64,000 nt of DNA from Octopus vulgaris (Eukaryota), in the NCBI GenBank assembly GCA_951406725.2, contig OX597832.1:66278001-66342000 (forward strand). Direction: 5' to 3'. The notes beneath the pieces are model-generated. The model was given only the letters and a program-made list of their open reading frames with translations. It was not told the DNA's origin and made no database searches. Shown here in pieces: positions 1 through 13,898 of the stretch (its first letter is position 1; each line of letters begins with the position of its first letter). The position numbers and the translations under genes are program-made.

Positions 1-544
1 CATTTAATGTGATAAAAAACTCATTAGAATTTCAATATTGTTCAAAATGATATTCGAGTATTTTTTCACGCAAATCACACAAAGATATGAATCCGTTTTG
101 CAGGATCATCACCAATACATGTTTCCACTATGACACTTTCTACACTTAAAATGCTCTTTGTTTCTGCATAATTTTTACGAACAACATCCTTCTCCTGCAA
201 GTAATAAACAACATCCTTCCTCCTCTGTCCTAAGTGTCCGAACCTTGGATGAAAGTTTACAAGAGTTTGCTGCCATAATCAAACAGATCGGTAAAATATC
301 CAAATACAACAGAGATCGGCGAATTATCCAACTAGATGAGTAAAAATTTCCAAAACTATCCGTACTAAAAGCAGAGCATCGACACATGTTTTCGCGTAAA
401 AAAATATTCAACACATGTGCGTAGAATAAATTTCACGCAGTCGTAGACAAACGTATTCTCATGTTTAGCTTGGACAGTAGTGGCAAAATTACCGGGGGAA
501 AACTTAAGAGTGGCGAAATTACCGATCACTGTGATGGTTTCGCC

Positions 545-620
545 GAAGGAGCCATTCAGTGCGACTGAACCGAAGCCAACGTAGCTGGAAAGCGAGCTTC
601 TCAATCATGCAACCACTCCT
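545..620 (-). mobile_element. SINE head fragment (CORE-like family)
   Basis: CAGTGCGACTGAACC..GCGAGCTTCTCAATCATGCAACCACTCCT resembles 13680-13730. Confidence 0.5.
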
Positions 621-1734
621 AAACATATATATGATATGTTAAAATATATAAAAGAGAGGTGAAGTTGTCGAGGGCTATATATATTGTTTTTGTTAGATGT
701 TAAAACATACGATAATATTTGCTTGCTTTTCAATATCGAAAAACGTTGTACTTTAAATATTTTGCACTTAAAATAATTCGATATTTTTCAAGACTTTAGA
801 AACAAAATTCAAGCATAATAAAGATTATGTAAAGATTTAAATCCTTAAAGGTTACACGGACGACAAGAATAAATGTAAAAAGAAAAGAAGAAAAAAACAA
901 TATCGATCTCATTTTCTCTTCCCTTATATACTTACATACGTATATAGACACACAGTCGCACACACATTCATTCATTTATACTTACATACATGCATATATA
1001 CGTACATACATACGTACATAAAAGAGGCCAGCTGTCCATCGACCGTCATAATGGTCAGCTGTTCTTCCTTCTGATGTTAATGTCATTCTAAAAAACCACA
1101 TAAAAAGAGGATAACTATGGACAACTGCTTGAAAACATTTAGCTTCTATAACGAAATTATAAATTCACATTTATACCAATAATAATTGGTGCACTTTTGA
1201 GTAAATGCCTCAGTGATAGTCTGGGTAAACAGGATTTTCAGATAAATGAATCAACCAACTAATTCGCACATTACAAATACAAACTGTAAGTGGAACAGTG
1301 AAAATATACAAGATCCTTCCCAAGTTTAAAATATGACATTATTTTTATCGACATTCTAATGATTGAACCTTGTATCTTTTTTAGAATATGGCTCTATCCT
1401 CAGAGGAAAAAATTAAATAAAAGAAAACAGACCCCCTCCACACACACGGATATTCCTTTCGCGAGTAGTTAGCATTAGAAGTTGAAATTTAAAATTAAAG
1501 AATGTGGAATACTTCATAATATACACATGTAGGTGTCTTATTTATAATGGACTTTTTAAAATTCCAAGTCTCTGGAAAACTTTCATTCTTTCAAAACATC
1601 ATCAGTATAACTCCAGGCATATAAATCATACTGTAGGAAACTATATATTGAAAAGAATTACAATCTGGGATGTCTTCATGGAATTTGTTCTTCTATCATT
1701 TCTTTTGTGTTTAATTTTCACTTATTCCAGTCGT

Positions 1735-1888
1735 TAAACTGTTGCCATACTGAAGTTTTCCAGTTGAATAAATAGACCCAAATTCTTATGTTTTTTAAAG
1801 TTTGGTAATTGTTCTGTCGAACTCTTTTTCCGATCCGTTAATTACAGGAATATAAACACACCAGTCAAAGAGTGATGGGGACAAACAG

Positions 1889-1928
<40 letters not shown>

Positions 1929-2002
1929 TCGATGGGCTTCTTTCAGATTCTGTCTACTAAATTCACTCACAACCACTTCGACCTGACGCTATAGTGAAAG
2001 AC
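1735..2002 (-). mobile_element. Diverged copy of the CORE-like SINE family
   Basis: GATGGGGACAAACA-(CA)n-GATGGGCTTCTTTCAG..CTAAATTCACTCACAA..GCTATAGTGAAAGAC. Confidence 0.7.
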
Positions 2003-2094
2003 CCCGAAACGGATGAAGGGCAAAGTCGAACTCAGAACCAATTGCCTCTAAGTATTTTACCCGGCATGCTAACAAAGCTGCTGGCTTGCCGCCT
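2001..2094 (-). mobile_element. Fragment of a second tRNA-SINE family (GGCGGCAAGCCAGCAG head; central GCCTTTCATCC-type motif)
   Basis: Reverse complement GGCGGCAAGCCAGCAG..GTTAGCATGCCGGG..TTCTGAGTTCGACTTTGCCCTTCATCCGTTTCGGGGT. Confidence 0.65.
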
Positions 2095-3636
2095 TAAATA
2101 CCAGATAAGAGTTATTTTTAAGATTCATAAAAAAAAGTAAGTCTATTTCCAAAGAAATATTGTAAGAAAAAAGGTTGAAAAAGGAAAGGAAAATTTAATA
2201 CAACAGTTTACGTCGAGGAATGTGAAATGAAACGGGCGGAGATGCAAGACGTTGGATGAAAATGTTTGTGAAAAGTGATTGCCGTAGGTTTATAACTTAA
2301 CAATATTCAGGTTTCTGAATTTGAATTGTGAAGTTGAACTCTTTAACTTTCATCGTTCACAGATGTATAGAAAAACCACACTTGTGATGCTACAATAAGA
2401 TTAAAAGTAAGACTCCCTTATAACCAAATATTTAGGCCTGTCACCGACGCTGCGAATCAATATTTCCGTTTAAATTTCAGTTAGACTCTTTGGAATTCAA
2501 TACACTAAATTACTCATTCGGAAATTTTCTCTGAAATATTCTTTATTCACGAGGTATTTAACTTGCTAAAATACGAATAAAAATTATTTTAGTACAATAT
2601 TTTTAAATTAAAAAACAAAACACACTTTTGTTCGTTGGGTTTTGTTGTTTGTCGTCTCTTAATCCATACCATAAAGACAAATACGATTTTGAAATTTAGA
2701 GTGAAAAATTACATTGGCTTTGCATCAAGAACAAAAGTGATTTTGCTCTGAACTAAAACGACTATATTTCACTAAGGTTACTAGGCAATTTTGTGAGCAT
2801 TAGGAGAATCAATCGTTTGTGTCATTTGGTTGCTCAGAGAATCGGTGGAAATATTTTTCAGTTAAAAAAAAAAGCAAGTCTCAAAATATGTCGGTGGGGG
2901 AAGTTGTTTAATTTCTAGTATTTCTTTCAATTATTTTATTTCTTACGCTAATTTTCATTTTCTATTTTTTTTTCGATACTCTTGTTCGATTAGATAATTG
3001 TCTGTTCCATTTCTTTTTGAAATTTTAATTTTAATATGTGTTGTTAGAACATTAAGCCACGAGGAATCTTTAGGAGAAAAAATATCAGGTTGATTAAGCA
3101 TGCTGATTTGTTTAATAATCTTGAAACGGACCGTTGGCGCGAAGTGCTATTTCATACTCTGGTGCCGCCTTTTAAGAGACTATTTATATAAAAGAAGAAA
3201 AAAAGAAAAAGAAAAAGAAAGAAAGGAAAGGAAAACGCCAGAGGAAGGAAGACATTGAGAAAGAAAAATAGAATGTCAGTGCTACATAAACAGAGAAAGG
3301 GCGAGGGAACTGGTTGAATAAGAGAATCAGACAGACAGGAACTTTCTTCTTTTTTTTAAATATAAAAAAAATGTAATTAAATACGAGGAAAATGTGAGAG
3401 AGAAAGTTAAACAAAAATGGTATCGAAATATAAACAACATAATTATGAAGTATTAAAATAAAATTACAAATTAAGAAAAAAATATAAAATGTTGCCAAGG
3501 AAACACTTTACATGGTTAATGTACTTCTTTTGTTTTGGCGCAATATGATTACAAGGGGGAAAATTATACAACAAAATCATAACAGCTGTTCACATTCACG
3601 AATAATGGTACACGCATACAAACATGCACATACATA

Positions 3637-3693
<57 letters not shown>

Positions 3694-3847
3694 ACATATG
3701 CGTAAAAGCATAGAAGCCTCTTTATTTAGATAGAAGCCCAATATGTATAAGTTATCTCTACATATGGAAATTATCTTGTATATTTAACTGTACTTACACT
3801 TAGAAACTCAGACATATTGATACATATGTGTGTGAATGTGTGTGCAT

Positions 3848-3924
<77 letters not shown>

Positions 3925-4369
3925 TGTATGTTATAGTAATTCCGAAATATAACAATATATATATATGAATACATATACACTATTAATATTGTGATATTTC
4001 TTCATAACTATCGAAATTTATTTTCAAATCTATCAATTTTATTATTTTTTTTACTCTTTCAATATGATTAATATTATAATGAGAAATGCAGAAAAAATTT
4101 CTTTTTTCCGAATAGATATTTGTTAAATTAATTTCCTATAAATACTTAATATTGTTTAATGTTTTACTTCCTAATAACTAAAATAAGCACTATTTTGAGT
4201 ACACCAGCCCATCATATACTGCTAGTCTAAAAGCTGTTGTACGTATGCTAGAAAGTATTTTCCCTGCGTTTATATTGTTGAATATATTATAGTAATTGCC
4301 CTTGTTAATTTGGTTAGTAACAGAAAATAATTATATTTGGTTGATTAGTATTCGTTTATATATATATAT

Positions 4370-4422
<53 letters not shown>

Positions 4423-6087
4423 GAGAGAGAGACTTGACTAATTAACAAACTCGCATAAGAAACGACGTAGATAATGTGTTTAACACGGAAGGATCTGGAA
4501 AAAAATCCGTTGTTCAAGTTTGAAAAATGTGTTGCACCAAACACAGTTGTAACTGATAAAACTTGCATTACATAGAGTATACAGTATTGTAAAACGATCT
4601 TGCGGAAAAATTTGTGTTTACTCTATACAAAAAGGAAAATAATCTTGCATTGACCGGGAGATATGATCCAGTTGTGAAATCGCTGTGATTTTGTGCCTCA
4701 ATCATTAAAGACTGTTGTAGATTAGGTATGCAATAAACAATTAAGATTTTGTCGGAAACAAATTACTAATATGCCAGAGAACATCTAATAATGATCATAC
4801 CATACAACATTTAACGAGCAAACCATAATGAAATGGATTATATCAGAAAGGGAATTAGGGCAGAAGAGTATCGAGTAATAAACATACCTGACAAATGTGG
4901 ACATGGAGCAATGAACACAAAGGAGACGCTCATCAATTAAAGAGTACAGCAAAAAATTGTATTAAACTGTGAGCACATCAGAGAGTTATATCATATAATG
5001 AACTCACCATAGTGGTAGGTGAATCAAGTGAGTTACATTGAATAGTGAGTCCATTGATATGATACATCAACCAATGTATATACCATAGAGATATGTGAAT
5101 GGATGAGAATAGAACTGATGTACAAATAGGCATGAAGCAATGTGCAAACCACACAATTAATAAGCAAATCTGTAGTCAACAGCTAATACATCATTAAGGT
5201 ACAGTTTATTACCCCAGTAATGAGGTTCATCAAAGCGATATTCAAACCGTTAATACGATAGGAAAGCGATTATTCGAACAAGATGGAGACCATATTTCAT
5301 TTAAAAATCAGTTTCCTGTCATAAATAAAGGTAGGGCACATTACATTATGTAGTCACATATGCACTTAAATGACGAGATGGCGGGTCGTCTTAACAATAA
5401 CGTTTTGGTTCTATGAGAGCGATCTGCATATTCCTCAGCATCAACAGTCATTTCTTTGATTTCTTCATAGGTTTTCACAATATAGAGATGCAAATGATAA
5501 TTAAATCGTTTGTAACACCGCTTCGGAAATAATTTGAACTCAAATTTATTTTCTACTACATTAGGCATGAAGCTAAATATAGATTTCTGTCTTCTATGTA
5601 TGTTCATCTGTATGAAACATCAAAAGAGGTGAAAGGAAATAATATTTTTGTACTGTTTTCGCAGATAGAGAGAAATTTATGAAGCGGCGCTCAGTAGACA
5701 TATCTTTATTATTAAGTAGATCAGTGACTGATTTCTACGTGAAGAGAACAAAAGTTGATCTAAATCTTTAATACCACGAAGAACTATCACTGATGAAAAA
5801 ACAAAATAGCGTAAATGATTCATCTGCATTTTTTACGACGCCATTTTTCTTAAGCATATGAGCTTTTTATCAAATTACTTGCAGAGATGCTTTGGCTATG
5901 TGTTAAGTGGCTTTTCCGCGTACATTATTAGTCACTATGCAAAGGGCTAAACCTTAATCTATATCTCTTAAGAGAAAGCAACTACGGAATAACATTTCAG
6001 ACACGTAGAGAAAATGTCCAACTCACAATTAAGAGGTAAAATGAACTCATTAATCGATATTTCAACGAAACTATTATTGTTGTTGCT

Positions 6088-6170
6088 TTGGCCAAGATTA
6101 GCCTTGATAAACTTGTGGGCAACTGCTATTGTTATTGGTTTGGCCAAGATTAGTCTTGATAAACTTGTGG
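6088..6170 (+). repeat. Short tandem duplication, period 51 bp
   Basis: TTTGGCCAAGATTAG.CTTGATAAACTTGTGG.CAAC occurs twice. Confidence 0.85.
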
Positions 6171-6424
6171 ACAACGGTCTACGAGCGATGATCATACAAA
6201 ATTTGGTGTAACAGTAGTAATATCATACTAATAAGTTGAAGATGATGTTTCAACGACTTTGTGATAGTAACATGAGAGACTACATGGATAGTCTACTTGG
6301 TAACATCATACTGCCGCACAGCAATCATTATTTCTATATATAAGTGTATCTAACTGTGTGTGTATTATACCCACAAGTAAGAAGTTAAATACTGCATGTC
6401 ATATGTCACGGTAGACTTTGTACA

Positions 6425-7218
6425 CGAGGTGGCGAACACGTACATCGCGTCTGCCTACAGACATGGCTCGAGAAACACGGGGCCCACCTGCCCGAGATGC
6501 GGTCAAAGCGACGAAACCATTCCGCACGCACCCGTGCAATGTCCAACCATTTCCAACCAGTGGGCTTATGTCGAACGACTGCTGTCACGTGTGGGATGAG
6601 TTAGTTTATCAGCTGAGTCTATCGTCAATATCGTCACGCTTCGGGAAAGAAGATCTATTTTCATCATACTTGTGGCTATGGCGAAAGAATGTATCTAGTG
6701 GACGCGTCTGAAAGGATTAGAGATAACCACTTTCTTCTCTGGTCAATCTCTCATCAACTTCTTCAAGTATCACTTGAAAAGAAAGTGAGAGTAGAGAGGC
6801 AAGTCTTGTCTTGCGAATGTTTAATAAAAAAGATGGGTGAATGTAGCAAGGATGGCACGTATGAACGATGAAGCCACCTTTGGCATAAGCCTATGAACCC
6901 GGAAATATTTAAAACATAGTTACTTACTTGCAAATAAAAGTGTTAACATGTGACATTATTGACCGAGGTTACCGTGATCTTTTCCGCAGGCTTTACTTTC
7001 CACGGATAAACCTTATCTATTTCTCCCTTTATACTTTACATCATGACATTTCTGTGATACACAATCCCTATTCATGGTTTTTTTACGATCCCTTTGATCG
7101 AAAACCTACCGCCTTTTTTCTTTTCCTTTTTTCCTTCTTTTTTTCTCCCCAAAAAGAAAAACTCTACTTTGTAAATTGTCCTCTCTGCGTTCAGCCCTGT
7201 GTGGCTAATAAAGAAACA

Positions 7219-7289
<71 letters not shown>

Positions 7290-7308
7290 ATATCTATCTA
7301 TCTATCTG

Positions 7309-7351
<43 letters not shown>

Positions 7352-7401
7352 GTCTGTCTGTCTGTCTATCTGTGTATCTATCTATCTATCTGTGTGTCTG
7401 C

Positions 7402-7459
<58 letters not shown>

Positions 7460-7460
7460 C
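6425..7460 (+). mobile_element. Tx1/L1-like non-LTR retrotransposon, 3' fragment with internal deletion, ending in a (TATC)n tail
   Basis: Aligns by eye to 9688-9713 and then 10260-11070. Encodes the zinc-finger-like TCPRCGQSDETIPHAPVQCP. The 3' end GCCCTGTG..CTAATAAAGAAACATATCTATCT is shared with the second copy. Confidence 0.85.
7218..7458 (+). repeat. (TATC)n/(TGTC)n tetranucleotide microsatellite
   Basis: Read directly from the sequence. Confidence 0.98.
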
Positions 7461-8361
7461 CATACCTATATATATATATGTCTGTGCATTTGTGTGTACG
7501 TGAATGTATTTTTGTGTAAGTATGACTTTATGTTTGCCTTTGTTACAATGTGTTTGAAGCAGTGCTATATACATACATACATAAATAACTGTGAATGAGG
7601 CTAATGTCTAGACGCTTAAGTTTCTATTTGTCGACAGTGAAAAAAAATGCAATCTTGACAAATGGAATGAAGACAAACGCTAAGAGTGATGGATTATTCG
7701 TTTCTGTTCTACAAAATCTATTCATAAATCAATAGGCGCAAAGACATTCGTTTACATTAAAGTATAGTGTTACTGAACTATGAATATTACAAAAATCTCT
7801 CCATAGATGATGTAAATTATTGCTACCAGCTAAATAAATCCATTCATATATGGATATTGTGCCATTTATACAGCAGAGACTTTTTGTGATAAACATTTTT
7901 TTATGAACGTCATAAGTTTTAAGAAACGAAGGCTTAATTAATGTAAAAGTGCGAGATTTGTGAGGGTAATTTTACGAATTCCCGATTCGATTGTCAATGT
8001 AAACGCCAAGGGAAGGTTAACTGGATTGCAGCAAATCATGTTTCGAGAGTCATGAGTTGAACTTGTAACCAGGATTTTAACTATTAATGTCATATCCGGA
8101 TCTATGAAGTATTGGTGAGTTATGTATATCAATGCTAGAGACATCAGTGCTTAGTGAAATTGATGAAAGTCTTCTTCAATTTGCTTCATTGGATTCCATA
8201 TGCAAAAAACAAAAAAAAAACACGTTTTTATATTCTTTATATTGTCAAAACATTTGGACCTGAACTAGAGGTTTTTTGACAAACAGTATCTGAAAATATT
8301 ATCTATTTATTACCAATTACCGTCACGTCAAGCTTATGAGAAACAAATATACATAAAATTA

Positions 8362-8750
8362 GTGGAGGCGCAATGGCCCAGTGGTTAGGGCAGCGGACTC
8401 GCGGTCATAGGATCGCGGTTTCAATTCCCAGACCGGGCGTTGTGAGTGTTTATTGAGCGAAAACACCTAAAAGCTCCACGAGGCTCCGGCAGGGGATGGT
8501 GGTGATCCCTGCTGTACTCTTTCACCACAACTTTCTCTCACTCTTACTTCCTGTTTCTGTTGTACCTGTATTTCAAGGGACCGGCCTTGTCACTCTCTGT
8601 GTCCCGCTGAATATCCCCGAGAACTACGTTAAGAGTGCACGTGTCTGTGGAGTGCTCAGCCACTTATACGTTAAATTCACGAGCAGGCTGTTCCGTTGAT
8701 TCGGATCAACCGGAACTCTCATCATCGTAACCGACGGAGTGCTTCCATCC
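8362..8750 (+). mobile_element. Full-length tRNA-derived SINE (resembles octopus OR-type) with 13-bp target-site duplication
   Basis: Head GGAGGCGCAATGGCCCAGTGGTTAGGGCAGCGGACTCGCGG..GGTTTCAATTCC contains A-box and B-box-like motifs. TSD ATACATAAAATTA at 8349-8361 and 8751-8763. Confidence 0.9.
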
Positions 8751-9289
8751 ATACATAAAATTAAATTTTTCTTCAAAACCAGAATTTCTTAAAATTTTAA
8801 TGGAAAGCAAATGGCAACCTTAAACTTTTATATATAAAATACATCATTATTTCTGACTAAATTTCTATGGATTTGCGTCTGGGTGATTTTCTTTAGTTGC
8901 TGAACCTCAAGAAGAACACGAACCAACGTTCAGCAATAGTTCGCCATCATATGCAAGTTCCATTTGCTCTGATACCTTTGTTCCATTAATTTCATATCCT
9001 GATGCAAACGTCTCTCCTACTCACCAAATGTGATCTGGCAACAAAATACATGTTGCGTTGTATAATATATTACCTACGACAGATTACCGCTTAATGCTGC
9101 AGATTTCTTGCCACTTATTTGCTTATTGCCACACAAATGGTTGACAACCTGTATTGAAAGAAACACGGAATTTACAAATAGCGATAAGTAAGAATTGTTT
9201 GCGTGTGTGGTTTGAAAAGGGAAGCGGAAACAGTGTCTATATTATAAAACAATGTATATTGCTTCAAATAAAGATGAACTGAACGGCGC

Positions 9290-11035
9290 TTCGATACGTA
9301 TTGACTCTTGAGCCACTACTGCGGAAGCTGGCGACTCTGAGGAACATCCCGCGAGAATTGGGATGCGGGACGAGCGTGTCTGCATACGCGGACGACGTCA
9401 CCGTCATAGTGTCAAGCTACGAGCACATCGAGCTGGTCGGCGAGACATTGAAAGACTACGAAGCGGTGACAGGAGCAAAAATCAACCGGGAAAAGTCAGT
9501 GGGCTTGCGGCTCGGCACCTGGAGAAGCAAGCCCATGCCGTCCACCAGTACCTCCGTCGTGGAGTTGCTCGGGGTCTGGTTCGGTCCGGACCTCCAAATG
9601 GAGAAGAACTGGAACGAGATAACGAGTAGGGTGGTCACTCTCGCCCGGCAATGGGCCGAGAGGAAACTGTCCCTAAAAGGCCGGGCAGAGGTGGAGAACA
9701 CGTACATCGCGTCCATCATCTACTACCGCCTGACCGTCGTACCTTGACTCGACCCTATCATCACCAAACTAGAACGCATTCTCTTCCGCTTCTTGTGGAA
9801 AGGATGCATCCCGATGGTCAGGCGATCCATTTGCTGTCAACACCCGTTTAAAGGAGGGCTGGGCATGCCATGGTTGATGATGCGCAGACACGCGCTGAGA
9901 CTGCGACATCTCCGGCTCTATGTATACGACGGTGAACAGCTGTGGTCACCGTTTGTGAGGCACGCGATCCCGCAGCTCGTTTCCATGACCGAACTGCAGT
10001 CGTGGATCAAAAAGAGGCCGAGGAAGGGCGAATGGCACCGTCCCGGGTCGACCTTGAGTGACTTCAAAACAACGAAAGCATTCTATAGGGGATTAGTGGA
10101 GGGGAGGTACGACGACGATCTTGGGGCAAACCTTGGCGTCGACGAGGAATGCCTGACCCGCCTGCTTGAATCGACTTTCGGGCTGGGACCTATGGACAAC
10201 TTCCAGAGATCCCTGGCCTGGCGGTGCTACCGAGAAGCGCTACCCGTTCGGGATAAGTTCTATAGGCATGGCTTGAGAAACACGGGGCCGACCTGCCCGA
10301 CATGCGGGCAGAGCGACGAAACCGCTCTGCACGCAATCATGCAGTATCCAACAATCTCCGACCTGTGGGCTTATGTCGAACGACTGCTGTCACGTGTGGG
10401 ACGTGTCGGTTTATCAGCCGAGTCTATCGTTAATATCGTCACGCCTCCTTCCTTCAAACGGGAAGGAAGAGCTATTTTTATCATACTTGTGGCTATGGCG
10501 AAAGAATGTATCTGGTGGACGCGCCTGAAAGGATTAGAGACAAACACTTTCCTCTCTGGTCAATCTCTCATCAACTTCTTCAAGTATCACTTGAAGAGGA
10601 AAGTGAGAGTAGAGAGGCAAGTTTTGTCTAGTGAATGTTTTGGCACGTATGAATGACGAAGCCACCTTGACTATGATTCTATGAACCGTAAATATTAATA
10701 CAGAGAGTTGCTTATTTGCAAAAAAAAAAGAAATATAACATGTGACTTCATTGACCGAGGTTACTGTGGTCTTTTCCGTAGGCTTTTCTTTCCACTGGTA
10801 AACCTCACCTGTCCTCCCCTGTACACTTCATATTGACATTTCTGTGAAAACGATCCCTATTGATCATTTTCCCCTCCCCCTTTTTTATTTTATCACCCCC
10901 CTTTTGTATCCTCTTTCTTTCCTTTTACGATCCCTTTTGATCGAAAACCAAACCCCCTTTTTTTACCCCCAAAAGAAAAGCTCTACCTTGTAGTTTGTCC
11001 TGTCTGTGTGCAGCCCTGTGTCTAATAAAGAAACA

Positions 11036-11069
<34 letters not shown>

Positions 11070-11070
11070 C
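9290..11070 (+). mobile_element. Tx1/L1-like LINE, 5'-truncated: RT C-terminal half, zf-RVT-like region, 3' UTR and (TATC)n tail
   Basis: ORF 9301-9747 has SAYADDVTV, GAKINREKS, LGVWFG and W..RKLSLKGRA motifs. ORF 9793-10656 has KGGLGMP and CPTCGQSDETALH. A TGA at 9745-9747 interrupts them. The segment is GC-rich against an AT-rich background. Confidence 0.9.
9301..10656 (+). pseudogene. Disrupted ORF2 (reverse transcriptase) of the Tx1-like LINE
   Basis: YADD motif, an in-frame stop at 9745 and small deletions relative to the other copy. Confidence 0.85.
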
Positions 11071-11667
11071 ACATACATACATAAATGCATACACACAGAC
11101 ATGCATGCATACACACAGACACATATAATGTGATCAACTATTCACACACATGCAATCGCTATAGACATATGTCTGTGTGTGTATCTATAAATCTGTCGCT
11201 CTGTGTGTTGTCCTTTGCCTAATTAATAGATGATCTTCAAACACATAAGAGAATTACTATTTTTGCTAGAGGTTCAGATATATTTGCAGAATATATAGAC
11301 TTTCACGAAATGTTACCTTGGTCACAACGTTTGCAGAGTTCTAACATGTGACTCTATGATCCAGGCCGACTGTCGCTTCACTCAAGATATTTAATTTCGT
11401 CTTAAAATACTTGAGAATTTCACCTGGCTAAATATATTCTCTGTATTATATTATATATCATTTTAAGACGAAATCCACAATATGACACAATTCTCTATAC
11501 TCGGTCCATCTGTTGTAACGCTTCCTGTGATATATCTGAGGCGAAAAGGATCCATACATTTCTATTATCTATTATGTTGCCTCGTTTGTTAATAAAATGT
11601 ATGTTTACTATTTCTGTTTAATAGACGTGTATGCAATATAAATTTGTAGATATTTTTATAAGATGTA

Positions 11668-13122
11668 TTTAAAAAGTCTTGTTGTTTCCATATTTAGGAG
11701 CATCGTGGAACTTTTACGGACATGTATGCTAGTAGAGTTAATACACGTGTTTCATTATGCCATGTTCAAATTTCTTGATGCAGCATCAAAGATTAATGTG
11801 GCGTCAGATGTAGAGTCCTGTATTCTGGCTCGTGCATCCACCGGTTCATCTTACCTCTTTCGCTTATATAAAGCAAATCAGAAAATAAAACCAAACAACA
11901 GACACATCTCTTTAGTAAGGCGAAGCCTGATAGGTAAGATAATAATAACACCATGATTATAGTTTTCTGCTTACTTCCAACCAATATTTAGGATAAATTC
12001 ACAGTGCACTATAACTAACCTTCTCCGTGCGTTAGGAGACGCAATTTCCCAGCTGGACATAAGTATACGCTTTCGCTGTTTGAAATTATAAGCAATAATA
12101 TCAATTTTAGACTTTGTAGATCGTTGTTGTTTAACGGACTGATTTATAATCAAAATAGATTCCTACACTAAACAACCTATTATTGTGTCAGACATAAAGA
12201 ATCTAGAAATACATTATCGGATACCTTTAATACTTTTTAAGAAAATAGACTGATTTTGTGTTGTTACTGCTTGGCTCAGCAAGTGAAGCCTTCACGAAAA
12301 TATTATTCCCTGGATAACTATCCTTATTAAAACCTGAATCTTTAATCCCTACATATATGATGCATCGAAATTTTGACTTCCAGTAAAACTCCTTGTTACA
12401 TATACTAATTTCGTCCCTATGTTAATAGTAAATAATTAATGGTGCCTCCAAGGTACGCATGTGCTTTACAAAAGCTGTTTCCCCACGTGCTTGTGTGAAG
12501 GTTATGTGATTCAATAAGGTAATGTCATACAACCATTTTCTAGCAAAGCTTATGCATGGTTTAAATGTATGTTTATTCTGATTCAGTCGAAAAATGTAAA
12601 GATAAGTCACAGATTTCAGTGAGAGGTTGTTGATTTTTGAATCGACTGAAGCTAAGAAGCAGTGTAACAGTATATAACGAGACATATTTTCAAACTTATC
12701 AAACTACAATTAATGAAATATTTGCGATGTTAGGTTGTCAGAAAACCACAAAGCAAACTATTTAATCGCTATGCACACAAAACGACACGTTTTAATCCAC
12801 TGTGGTGTAAAATCAGGTGATGTTTTCATATTTCCAGCATTTACATATACCCAACTCGTAAGCAAGTAAAATAGCTATTATTTGTAAAGCAATTATTTGT
12901 AAAGTTTTTGAAGGCGAAAGATTTAAATCTTTGTCAAATATACAACCATTTAAAAAGAGTCTTGTTGTTTACATATTTAGGAGCATCGTAGAACTTTTAC
13001 GGACATATATGCTATTAGAGTCAATACATGTATTTCATTAAACCATGTTTAGATTTCATGATGCAGTGGCAAAGATTACTGTGGCGTCAGAAGTAGAGTC
13101 GTATATTGTGGTTCGTGCATCC
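11668..13122 (+). repeat. About 170-bp dispersed direct duplication (11668-11839 and 12949-13122)
   Basis: Colinear match beginning GTCTTGTTGTTT.CATATTTAGGAGCATCGT.GAACTTTTACGGACAT and ending TCGTGCATCC, with scattered substitutions. Confidence 0.9.
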
Positions 13123-13321
13123 CCCGCGTCTTCCTGACTCTGATGGTGACATCTACACAGCCAGACAGATATAAGGTCACACAATTAAATTAATCATTTA
13201 GTTCATTATGAAACTCTCATCCTTCTGCATAAATTGTTCCAGAAATGGTGACGTCTATCAATCGGAGAAGTGTAATTTTAATCATAAACCATGTATTCTG
13301 GCACAAAGTTGCTTGGTATAT

Positions 13322-13544
13322 GTTTCACTTCTTTCAGTCATTTGACCACCTTTAGTCGAGCAAATTGACCCCAGGACTTATTCTTTGTAAGCCTAGTATC
13401 GGGCAATTTTGCCGAACCGCTAGGTTACGATGACGTAAGCCCACCAACATCGGTTGCCAAGCGATGATGGGTGGGGACAGACACAAACATACAGACATGC
13501 GCGCACACACAAACATACATACATACATACACATACACACACAC

Positions 13545-13583
<39 letters not shown>

Positions 13584-13730
13584 CGACGGGCTTCTTTCAG
13601 TTTCCGTCTACCAAATCCACTCACAAGGCTTTGGTTGACCCGAGGCTATAATAGAAGATACTTGCCCAAGGTGCTACTCGGAACCATGTGTTGTTTAGCA
13701 AGCTTCTTGCCACACAGCCACTCCTGCGCC
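13322..13730 (-). mobile_element. tRNA-derived CORE-like SINE with internal (CA)/(TA) microsatellite
   Basis: Minus-strand head GGCGCAGGAGTGGCTGTGTGG..., CORE-like CCTTGGGCAAGT, and related copies elsewhere in the window. Confidence 0.85.
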
Positions 13731-13764
13731 TATGTACATACGTTTAATAATTAATATTCATATA

Positions 13765-13898
13765 TCAGCCGAGATCGATATTGTCTATCAGCCCTTCAGT
13801 GTCGGTCAAATAAGTACCAGTTGAATACTATGACCGACGTAACTGATTTATCCCTCCCATAGAATTGCTGGCCCTGTGCTAAGTTTTGAATCCAATAA
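13765..13898 (+). mobile_element. 3' fragment of the second SINE family
   Basis: AAATAAGTACCAGTTGA..TTGCTGGCCCTGTGC..TTTGAA; matches 29965-30080 and 41570-41710. Confidence 0.6.

Noticed and set aside
4770-5160. A-rich stretch resembling a decayed LINE ORF end
   Set aside because: No motif could be read confidently in any frame.
5341-5607. 88-aa minus-strand ORF with protein-like composition
   Set aside because: No recognisable motif or clear splice boundaries; possibly an old transposon fragment.
5665-5772. Acceptor-like TTTTCGCAG followed by a short frame with dibasic sites (KRRSVD..KR)
   Set aside because: Too short, with no signal peptide, partner exon or repeated peptide to support a neuropeptide call.
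8362-8440. tRNA-like sequence (possible TCG anticodon)
   Set aside because: It lacks a proper acceptor stem, continues into a SINE body and is bounded by TSDs, so it is a SINE head.
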